Below are positions 1-7,700 of a stretch of DNA of 53,267 nt, in pieces. The notes beneath the pieces were generated by a model. The model had not been told where the DNA came from, searched no databases, and saw only the letters and a list, made by a program, of their open reading frames with translations. The DNA is taken from positions 1 through 53,267 of IMG/VR virus record IMGVR_UViG_3300021517_000162; one strand, given 5' to 3'. This DNA is from a virus (Duplodnaviria; Caudoviricetes). Both the position numbers and the translations under genes were made by a program. How positions within the stretch are numbered: the first letter of the stretch is position 1; each line of letters starts with the position of its first letter.

Positions 1-705
1 TTGGGAACTTAAACTCCACTTTGGATGTTTCTTTATAAATTCTAAGCACTTTTGAAGATGATTTTTATACATAGTATCATACACAGGATCTACATGATAA
101 TCTCCTTTTTTCAATGTCGTTATGCCCAGTAAATTATACATAGGTATATCCATGGGTTGGACATACAAGTTAAATGTAACCCCCTCAAACTCTTGTATGA
201 CCTCATCCAACCATGTTTGTTCTGAGTTCAAAACTGGAGGGTATACGAGCTTTATTTCACCTGCAAAAGACATCATTTCTTGATAGGAGGTACCCAATTT
301 GGGAGCCATTGTGACCATGTCAAAAAAAGACTCTCGAATAAAATCAGAGGGCACAGTACCATTCGTTTCAATTGCAAGATAATCAAACCGTGTTCTCAAA
401 ACAGACATAAACGCCCTATCGATTTGTTTTGTGGGCTCACCTCCAGTCAGGAGGATATTTGAACAATTGTTCTTTTTTGCCGTACTTTCAATGAGTTTCA
501 TCAACTCATCAAGAGTATACTTTTCTTTGACCAAAAAATCAGTATCACACCACTTCGCACAAGGGGCATCAAATTTATCTCGATCTTTAGGTGATCCATT
601 CCATAAATTACAACCCGAAAACCTCACAAATACAAAGGGTTTACCTACGTTTTTACCCTCCCCTTGTAAAGTATGAAATACCTCCGTAATGGCATATTTT
701 TTCAT
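1..705 (-). CDS. queE: 7-carboxy-7-deazaguanine synthase QueE (radical SAM); 3' end runs off the window edge
   Basis: Not in the ORF track. Manual translation from ATG at 705 (ATGA overlap with the queD stop) gives MKKYAITEVFHTLQGEG..FVRFSGCNLW..CAKWCDTDF..LTGGEP..IETNGT..HPKWSLSSQ, which are hallmark QueE motifs. Confidence 0.95.
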   Translation of the reverse strand, partial: MKKYAITEVFHTLQGEGKNVGKPFVFVRFSGCNLWNGSPKDRDKFDAPCAKWCDTDFLVKEKYTLDELMKLIESTAKKNNCSNILLTGGEPTKQIDRAFMSVLRTRFDYLAIETNGTVPSDFIRESFFDMVTMAPKLGTSYQEMMSFAGEIKLVYPPVLNSEQTWLDEVIQEFEGVTFNLYVQPMDIPMYNLLGITTLKKGDYHVDPVYDTMYKNHLQKCLEFIKKHPKWSLSSQ

Positions 706-1154
706 TTGGACCCCTCATTTATACCCGAAAAAAAAGCATAAGAAGTTGGGGTTTCATAAACTTTAACCCCCATAAAATTCACATCTCCATACTCCTTTTT
801 TTTACCTTGCATATACTCTAAAATATTACAATAAAGATGCCCTGCAATATTTTCAGCCGTCGGAATATAAGGCATAAGATATACTTTCAACCCCAAAGAT
901 TTCAAATACATGGTCACACTATCTTCCTCAAAACCTATGTATGCATGATCTAAAGGCTCTTTTACAAGGGGTTCAAGTATCTCCGTTTTTATATCTCCGT
1001 AATCCAAAATCATATCACGATTTGACGAATTTATAAGCCCAAATTGAACCTCCACAACATACCTATGACCATGCACATTACGACAAAGACCCTTGTGTTC
1101 AGGCAACCTATGAGCAGCATCAAACGAAATACTTTTTCCAATGTAAGCATTCAT
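702..1154 (-). CDS. queD: 6-carboxy-5,6,7,8-tetrahydropterin synthase QueD
   Basis: FDAAHRL, C-x3-HGHRY, LDH, PTAENIA and VYETP motifs of the PTPS/QueD family. Confidence 0.95.
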   Translation of the reverse strand: MNAYIGKSISFDAAHRLPEHKGLCRNVHGHRYVVEVQFGLINSSNRDMILDYGDIKTEILEPLVKEPLDHAYIGFEEDSVTMYLKSLGLKVYLMPYIPTAENIAGHLYCNILEYMQGKKKEYGDVNFMGVKVYETPTSYAFFSGINEGSK

Positions 1155-1870
1155 GTTGAAGCCCCATCGTCATAACCATCATCACAATACCTCATTATCT
1201 GATCTCCTTTTATTCTTCTATCATCCCAACCTCTTTTATCCTCCTGTTGTTCTTTGGCAACAAATTCATCGTTTCTTGCTATGACAAGCCTTACCATGTT
1301 CAAAAAAGCCTTATTCATATCAATTTTTTTCACATACCCACACGCTTTGAGGGCATCCCAAACTTCTTGAACATCATTACCCTCCACTTTGAAAAGAAAC
1401 TTTGTGGGTTCACTTTCTTTGTAATTGGAGATATCCACATCTTCTTCCGGAAGAGTTGGAGGCTCCTGGAGAAGAATTTTAACTTCATCAATATCAAACC
1501 CTATCGTCTCGTAATCAAATGTCTCCACAGACAACTCTTTAATTATCGACTTGAGCTTGTCTCCCTCCCATTCACCATCAATCTTGTTAAGGGCCAAATT
1601 CATGCGTTTTGCAACATCATCGGAGGCCCTCACAAAGTATGCTGGCACACGATTGAACTCTGTATGACCCTCATTTATAAGCTCTTTTGCAGCCGCTACG
1701 CGTTGATGACCTCCGATTATCATCTTATCATGATCACGCACAACAACGGGCGATATAAACCCAAACTCTAAGAGTGATTTTTTCAAGCTCGTCATCATCA
1801 CCTTTGAAATCTTACGCGGGTTATATGCGGCTTCTTTCAATTCTCCTATATGTAAATACTCTATTTGCAT
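1151..1870 (-). CDS. ParB/Srx-like N-terminal domain protein associated with the DNA-modification cluster
   Basis: YNPRKIS..SLLEFGFISPVVV..IIGGHQR..NLALNKIDGEW is the typical phage ParB-N signature. Confidence 0.85.
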   Translation of the reverse strand: MQIEYLHIGELKEAAYNPRKISKVMMTSLKKSLLEFGFISPVVVRDHDKMIIGGHQRVAAAKELINEGHTEFNRVPAYFVRASDDVAKRMNLALNKIDGEWEGDKLKSIIKELSVETFDYETIGFDIDEVKILLQEPPTLPEEDVDISNYKESEPTKFLFKVEGNDVQEVWDALKACGYVKKIDMNKAFLNMVRLVIARNDEFVAKEQQEDKRGWDDRRIKGDQIMRYCDDGYDDGAST

Positions 1871-1890
1871 TTGTACCTCCTAGTCTCCTA

Positions 1891-2754
1891 TCAATCATCA
1901 TGATGTTTTTTCACTGTTGTTTTATTGATCCAATCGATATATCGAAGCCAAGCAAGCATCGATACCCCTTGCATTTTTAACCAATTATCAGATGCATTCA
2001 TACATTCATCAAGTCTAAAACCATATGATTCACATAAATATTTCATAGATATCATCGTCTCTGGATGCCGTAAATCACCACCTACCCACTTTCCCAAATC
2101 TTCATCAAATAAATTCAATCTCCCACTCATGAAAAAAGTATTCCAACTGGATGAATCTACAGATGACCAAGGAAACATTCTAAGCAAACGTTGACCTGTA
2201 ACACCAAAACCATGCACATAGTGATTTTCCAATGATTTCATCACAACTTTTAACCATTTAGAAATATAATCAACACGCATCGCATAAGGTACAACACCTC
2301 CTATTGAAATATACTTGGATAATAACTTGTAGCGCTCTAAATATTCTTCATTATCTCCTATATGAAAACACGGAATAATTTTACTCGGATTCTTGAACGT
2401 ATCATACATTTCACACGTATTATCTAATGTTTTTTCTTCACTACCAATAACATCCAAAACGGAAACATACTTGAAAAAAGATTCGTATCTATTGGCCCAA
2501 TTAATATAAGCTTTATTATTTAAAGTTTTTTCTTTTGAATTCGCAGAGTATGCCCCCGAATCAAGAAAAAACTCATATTTTATACCTGCTTTGTCAAGTC
2601 GATTTACTACATGCTCAATATTCGTATTTCTAAAATAGTAGTAAGAAAAAAGAAAATTAATTTTTTTTTCCTTATACCTAAAAATATGCTCAAATGATTC
2701 GTATATATCTCTACGAAATCGCTCTGTAGATCGAGCCACAAAGAAAAATTTCAT
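1891..2754 (-). CDS. TGT-fold guanine transglycosylase, DpdA-like (probably inserts 7-deazaguanine into DNA)
   Basis: FFLDSGAYS, IPCFH, ISIGG, VHGFGVT and SVDSSSW motifs of the TGT barrel; located between queC and queD/queE. Confidence 0.85.
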   Translation of the reverse strand: MKFFFVARSTERFRRDIYESFEHIFRYKEKKINFLFSYYYFRNTNIEHVVNRLDKAGIKYEFFLDSGAYSANSKEKTLNNKAYINWANRYESFFKYVSVLDVIGSEEKTLDNTCEMYDTFKNPSKIIPCFHIGDNEEYLERYKLLSKYISIGGVVPYAMRVDYISKWLKVVMKSLENHYVHGFGVTGQRLLRMFPWSSVDSSSWNTFFMSGRLNLFDEDLGKWVGGDLRHPETMISMKYLCESYGFRLDECMNASDNWLKMQGVSMLAWLRYIDWINKTTVKKHHDD

Positions 2755-3488
2755 GATATTCTCGCATTACTGGGCACATAAACAGCCTCATCACCGTCCT
2801 TCAAACCTACCTCTAAAAAAGCCTTTGAACGAAGCTTACATGAAGGGCATTCCTCACATTGGACATACATACTGTCTCCTACATGCTTTGGGTTGTAACA
2901 AGACCATGAAGACTTTACCATCTCCAGACAACCAAATTCTAAAGCCATTTTCAACGTTTCACTCTTGTTGATATGCATCAAAGGTGTATGAATCTTGAAT
3001 TTTGCAAGTTCTGTGGGCATAGCTTTATTGAAAGACTCTTCAAGCGACTTGATAAATTCTTCTCTACAATCTGGATATCCACTATAATCGGTTTGACAAA
3101 CCCCCGTTACAATGTCAAATATACCAGAAAACAATGCAGTAAAAAAAGCTTGGGTAAGAAATGCCAAATTTCTACCAGGCACATAAGTATTAGGTAAACC
3201 ACCCTCTACTTTGTCATCTTTGTAACCTCCATTTTCTTTTATATCCAAATTTTTATCAGACAATGAGGAAGTTAATGGTAAGGATATCGACAAATTTTGA
3301 AGTACATAAAAAACATCAGGAACGTATTCCATAAGAAGTTTTGCAACATGTAATTCAATGCTATGTCTTTGACCATAATGTATGTTCAAGGCATATACCT
3401 TAGAAAAACGTTTCATCGCCCATGCCAAACACACGGACGAATCCATACCTCCAGAAAATAATACTATTGCGGCTTTATTTTCAATCAT
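2751..3488 (-). CDS. queC: 7-cyano-7-deazaguanine (preQ0) synthase QueC
   Basis: SGGMDS PP-loop, YGQRH, VPGRN, YPDCR, TPLM, and SCY..CEECPSC zinc site. Confidence 0.96.
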   Translation of the reverse strand: MIENKAAIVLFSGGMDSSVCLAWAMKRFSKVYALNIHYGQRHSIELHVAKLLMEYVPDVFYVLQNLSISLPLTSSLSDKNLDIKENGGYKDDKVEGGLPNTYVPGRNLAFLTQAFFTALFSGIFDIVTGVCQTDYSGYPDCREEFIKSLEESFNKAMPTELAKFKIHTPLMHINKSETLKMALEFGCLEMVKSSWSCYNPKHVGDSMYVQCEECPSCKLRSKAFLEVGLKDGDEAVYVPSNARIS

Positions 3489-4132
3489 AAAATGGCCTCC
3501 TTTATCAAACTTGTATACTTTACTTCCATCTCAGGACTATCAAAATAAGTAGTATATGTTATTGTATATTGAGTATTATCTTTGACCCCTCTTGCGCATA
3601 TACAACCATGTTTAGCCGACAATTTCACACCTCTTGCAACCCCTACCATCGACTCTAAAATCATCTCACCTAAGAATTCTTGTACAGTATACTGAGTAGC
3701 ATAATATTCTACAAGTCTTGTAAATTTAGATAACCCTACAATTTTATCTTTGGGCACATACGCAAGACTCACAGTACCGAAAAAAGGCAATCCATGATGA
3801 GCACATCTTGATGTGAAAGCTATGTCCTTTATACTTATAATTGAGGAGTTGAATATACTTCTGGAGACACCTCCAGGATATATGGGGGCGGCGTCTCCTA
3901 ATCGCGCGTGAGGACCTAAATCGAATGATGTTTGTTCCGGATATGGAAAAAGAGGACTACAAAACGGATCCTCCGTACCTTCCAAACTATCAAGAGAAAT
4001 ATTCTTTTTTTTGCACCATTTCTTCATCTCCTTGGCCATACGCTTGGGTGAATCTTTGAAATGAGAAGATTTCAAGTCATACCCAAGCTCCCGGAGCATA
4101 ACCTTAAAACTTTCTTCATAAATATCGCTCAT
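3485..4132 (-). CDS. folE: GTP cyclohydrolase I
   Basis: CAHHGLPFFG, GLSKFTRLV, VQE and HGCICARGV motifs. Start placed at MSDIY (ATGA overlap with the upstream stop). Confidence 0.93.
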   Translation of the reverse strand: MSDIYEESFKVMLRELGYDLKSSHFKDSPKRMAKEMKKWCKKKNISLDSLEGTEDPFCSPLFPYPEQTSFDLGPHARLGDAAPIYPGGVSRSIFNSSIISIKDIAFTSRCAHHGLPFFGTVSLAYVPKDKIVGLSKFTRLVEYYATQYTVQEFLGEMILESMVGVARGVKLSAKHGCICARGVKDNTQYTITYTTYFDSPEMEVKYTSLIKEAIL

Positions 4133-4425
4133 TTTAGAGCTCCTTTTTGACATCTGACCTTACATGCATGAAGCTCCACCTCCGATTGAGCACTTATCAC
4201 ACAATCAACACTCAATCGAAGACGATCATCACGCTTGACCTTCTCACAAAATGTCACACATGAATCCCCACCCGGCACATTCTGAGCCTCCTGACAACCA
4301 AACCTCGCCATGTTTTGACAAGCCTTTTCACAATCAGTTGTGGGTACATTTGTGCTAGCTGGAGACACAATTAAAGAAGGTTTATCTACACACGAAACAA
4401 TAAGTATAAAGAGTACGTATCTCAT
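4129..4425 (-). CDS. small cysteine-rich predicted lipoprotein
   Basis: Short hydrophobic signal MRYVLFILIVS followed by Cys (lipobox-like), then 8 further Cys; translationally coupled to both neighbours. Confidence 0.6.
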   Translation of the reverse strand: MRYVLFILIVSCVDKPSLIVSPASTNVPTTDCEKACQNMARFGCQEAQNVPGGDSCVTFCEKVKRDDRLRLSVDCVISAQSEVELHACKVRCQKGALK

Positions 4426-5186
4426 ATTTCACCTTTTTTTGCAGAAATAGCATAAAAATGAGAAGATAAAGGTTGCGTCAAAAAATCACTCCTTACCCTC
4501 AAAAAACCATCCTCTCCATATGATTTACCCCATGAATTCGCGACATAAAATATGTAATCATTCTCTTTTTGATCATACTCATAAGCAACAATAAGAAGTG
4601 CGTGCCCACCTCCCTTTTCATAAGTAGCTGATAATATACCACTCTTGTAATCTAACAAAGGTTGTGTATTGAAAGTACCGAAAAAAACTGGGTAACCATG
4701 AGCTATAGAATTTTTTATTTGCTCTAACAAATTATCTTTATCCAAACTACCTATGTTATAAAATCCCTTAAACATCACCTTGGAACCATTCGCAATCACA
4801 TCCCATGGCAATTCCTGATCCACTTTTGATACATCAAAAGGCCATATTTTCTCATCAATGAGACCGTAGGAGGATATGCCCTCCACTGCAGAATGAGGCA
4901 TTGAACCAATATCAATCAACACACTTGTATCAAACATCATTCTAGCCATTGTATAAATAGCCAACGGGGATATCTCCTCATTTGAACCCATGCGACAAGA
5001 CACTTGTATACCTTGAGCTAATTGAAAACCCACACACGCTTGAGTATTCAATTGATCACGTATCTTAACATATGGCAACAAACTCATTTCACTGTGATTT
5101 GGTCGAGTTACACCTATCATATCTATAAATCGAGTGAATTTCTTTCTTGAACTTCTCAAATCAGGTATAAATCCAAAGCCATCCAT
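4422..5186 (-). CDS. papain-like (C1 family) cysteine peptidase
   Basis: Oxyanion Gln and catalytic Cys (RDQLNTQACVG), catalytic His (GGHALLIVAY), and NSWGKSYGEDGF. Confidence 0.9.
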   Translation of the reverse strand: MDGFGFIPDLRSSRKKFTRFIDMIGVTRPNHSEMSLLPYVKIRDQLNTQACVGFQLAQGIQVSCRMGSNEEISPLAIYTMARMMFDTSVLIDIGSMPHSAVEGISSYGLIDEKIWPFDVSKVDQELPWDVIANGSKVMFKGFYNIGSLDKDNLLEQIKNSIAHGYPVFFGTFNTQPLLDYKSGILSATYEKGGGHALLIVAYEYDQKENDYIFYVANSWGKSYGEDGFLRVRSDFLTQPLSSHFYAISAKKGEI

Positions 5187-5198
5187 GTAATCCTCCTA

Positions 5199-5513
5199 TT
5201 ATTCAATTGCTCCCGACAAAACCACTGTGGACGTAGGCACTCCTACTCCGAATGAATTTGCAGGTACACGCACATCTCCGTTTGCATTGATATAATTGAT
5301 AAGCGAAGCTGTAGCCACAGCTTGTTTTGCAAGCTCCCTTTTCGAAGCAACCACAAGTGATAAAATTTGTTCTGAAGTAAACCCAACTGGAGGATTATTT
5401 GGATCAGGTAACACAATAAGCGCCAACATTGCTTCAAATATAACCAATGCAGCCCCTGTACCCATATATGTGTTGTTATCATTAACCGTTACAGAACCTT
5501 GTATCATCGCCAT
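5199..5513 (-). CDS. hypothetical protein, possibly a virion component
   Basis: Strong GGAGG RBS; composition rich in V/A/G/T/S; in operon context. Confidence 0.6.
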   Translation of the reverse strand: MAMIQGSVTVNDNNTYMGTGAALVIFEAMLALIVLPDPNNPPVGFTSEQILSLVVASKRELAKQAVATASLINYINANGDVRVPANSFGVGVPTSTVVLSGAIE

Positions 5514-5532
5514 AATAAACCTCCTCTTACCC

Positions 5533-5760
5533 TTATTTACCCTTATTTAATGGGTCTTTATGATAATGCGCATAGGCAAACCTATGCACATGTGTATGAA
5601 TCATACCCGTCATACATTCACCTTTCCAAGTTGCATTACAACCAGGAAAATTGCATACACATGTGAACTTTTGAGGCTCCGGGAGACCATTATCACCCAA
5701 TGTGCGATCTGTGTACTCACACACAACATGTGGAGCCCACTTTGGGCTTACAACGTTCAT
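5533..5760 (-). CDS. small Cys/His-rich hypothetical protein (possible metal binding)
   Basis: C-x-C-x4-C..C plus HTHVH..HYH; overlaps the upstream stop (ATGA). Confidence 0.6.
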   Translation of the reverse strand: MNVVSPKWAPHVVCEYTDRTLGDNGLPEPQKFTCVCNFPGCNATWKGECMTGMIHTHVHRFAYAHYHKDPLNKGK

Positions 5761-5978
5761 TTTAGCCGCTTTTCCTTATCTAGGGCCTCCACATACTCCT
5801 CCAGTCGCTTTACCTTGGATTTTTCTTCCATAAGCTGCGATTCAAACAACGCACGTTCTCTTATCCTCTCCTCATGTATAACATTAATCAACATTGTATA
5901 ATGCTCAATCAATGCTTGAACCACATTATGAGAGGTCATTACAACTTTGGGCATAAATTGTTGAGTAGAAGTAGTCAT
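5757..5978 (-). CDS. small coiled-coil hypothetical protein
   Basis: Helical heptad-like sequence; coupled to the fibre gene stop (TAATG). Confidence 0.55.
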   Translation of the reverse strand: MTTSTQQFMPKVVMTSHNVVQALIEHYTMLINVIHEERIRERALFESQLMEEKSKVKRLEEYVEALDKEKRLK

Positions 5979-7690
5979 TAATCACTCCAAATTTGTGAGC
6001 CATCGGTATCCATGGCTTTACCTGAAAACGGAGACGCCGACCACTGGGCCCATGAAGTACAATTTGCAGCCGCAGGTACATCCGCACTTGGTTGTAACTC
6101 AGGAATTATCGATGTTTTTGCATTTAAAATCAAATCTGAAGTACCTCCAGTTATTGTGGGTGTAATCGCCGTAAGACGCACCTGACCTCCCCTCCGCGCG
6201 CGCATTCCATAAAGGGTATTTCCTGAACCATATGGAATACCCGCTGAAACATAACACATAGAGTATACTGACATATCAACACCTACCGAAGTAGAATCAA
6301 ATACACCATTCTCCGCTTGCATTCTAAGTACTCCTAACTCCGAAAATATACCTCCGTTTTGAACTATTGTATTTCTAAGAATACAATTGGTATTTGTACT
6401 TACTACCAATGCAACATTTCCCGCGGTCACCATGGCTACCAAACAACCTGTAAGAGAAACATCAGTGTTTGAATTTGCAGCAAAAGATGTTGTTGTAGAT
6501 CTTGAAAAACTACACATATTATAAGTTGAAGATTGACCAGATTGAGTCGTATGACCATCAGAAAATCTACAAGTTGTAAAAGTAGTTAGCCCAATATCAC
6601 GCACATCAGAAGTTGTAGAAAACGCATTAGGAAATTCAAAATTTACAAAAATTTGTCTAACCTTGGAACCCAAATATAACCTTTGTACTTGAGTCAAATT
6701 TACAATATTATACGTGTCACCAGAACTCGGAGGTGTTCCTGGTGTGGAGGGTGGAGTTGTCGATGCATTATGAGTTGATTGCCACCAATAAGAAGAACGA
6801 GCAACCCCTGAACCCAAATCTTTGGCAACCCAAGTAGTTGCATTAATAGCTGCACCTGATGTCACTACAAGAAGTTTTCCAATGTGGGAGGTCCAAGTTG
6901 CCCCTGTATCAGTTACTGAGGGGCCCGTATTGGTAGCGGGGGTAGCATTGGCACCGTTTGCCGTAAAAGTACCGCTCGCTGCAACTGTACGTTGTCCTAT
7001 CCAAAAAATAACCAACCTAGGATCCGTATCTCCGTTCTCCTTAGGAACATTCAAAGATGTGGATCCCATAGGATCTGTTGCTGGTAGATCCCCAAGAACA
7101 TTCACAGTATATGTCGGTAAATAAGGCCTTCTAAGACGTCTATTGAACTCACGAACGGTCTTTATGGCTGTACCTGAAGTATCTCCTTTATTTTCATCAT
7201 TACCCGCTACAGGGTCAATAAACCATGTTGCTTGCATTGCCCAAAAATAACTTGGAACATCAATATAAAACCACCTATCAGTACCTGATCCCGCAACAAT
7301 ATTACCAGGATCTACAGTAACCCCCGAAGACTTTTTCAAATAAAAATAACGTTGGTATGTTTTGACAAACGCGAGAGTACCTTCGGATAAAATCCCAGTA
7401 TCCACAAGAGCAAGTTCTGCTTGATTTTCAACTGTAATCTTACCTCCACCCCCGTCTCCACCACGTGTTGTATTGAACCCAACGACTTGTAAATTTGAAT
7501 CCGCTTTCTGACCTTGTATAATATTACGAGCTACAAATTTCTCTACATCTGCATCGGTAACCTCCACTCCGTCAATTTCCCGTAATTGCACACCTCCTTT
7601 TCTCAACAAAGGAATATCATGAAATTGATCAGACACTACAGAACCTGATTTTGCAACAACCGTATCATTTAATACCAAATATCGAGCCAT
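5978..7690 (-). CDS. fibre/spike-like virion protein (candidate head fibre) with a beta-rich C-terminal region
   Basis: GGAGG RBS before MARYLV (7690); T/S/G-rich; FIDPVAGNDENKG motif and beta-helix-like repeats; N-terminus resembles the 51772-52044 protein. Confidence 0.7.
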   Translation of the reverse strand: MARYLVLNDTVVAKSGSVVSDQFHDIPLLRKGGVQLREIDGVEVTDADVEKFVARNIIQGQKADSNLQVVGFNTTRGGDGGGGKITVENQAELALVDTGILSEGTLAFVKTYQRYFYLKKSSGVTVDPGNIVAGSGTDRWFYIDVPSYFWAMQATWFIDPVAGNDENKGDTSGTAIKTVREFNRRLRRPYLPTYTVNVLGDLPATDPMGSTSLNVPKENGDTDPRLVIFWIGQRTVAASGTFTANGANATPATNTGPSVTDTGATWTSHIGKLLVVTSGAAINATTWVAKDLGSGVARSSYWWQSTHNASTTPPSTPGTPPSSGDTYNIVNLTQVQRLYLGSKVRQIFVNFEFPNAFSTTSDVRDIGLTTFTTCRFSDGHTTQSGQSSTYNMCSFSRSTTTSFAANSNTDVSLTGCLVAMVTAGNVALVVSTNTNCILRNTIVQNGGIFSELGVLRMQAENGVFDSTSVGVDMSVYSMCYVSAGIPYGSGNTLYGMRARRGGQVRLTAITPTITGGTSDLILNAKTSIIPELQPSADVPAAANCTSWAQWSASPFSGKAMDTDGSQIWSD

Positions 7691-7700
7691 AAAAAACCTC

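Noticed and set aside
1151-1870. Plasmid-type partition system
   Set aside because: There is no ParA partner or parS array; ParB-N domains are common accessories of phage modification and packaging loci.
1891-2754. Canonical tRNA-guanine transglycosylase (tgt) for queuosine synthesis
   Set aside because: It is short, lacks the C-terminal zinc-binding motif of bacterial Tgt, and its phage context with a ParB-like gene fits DpdA-like DNA enzymes better. No queA, queF or queG is seen.
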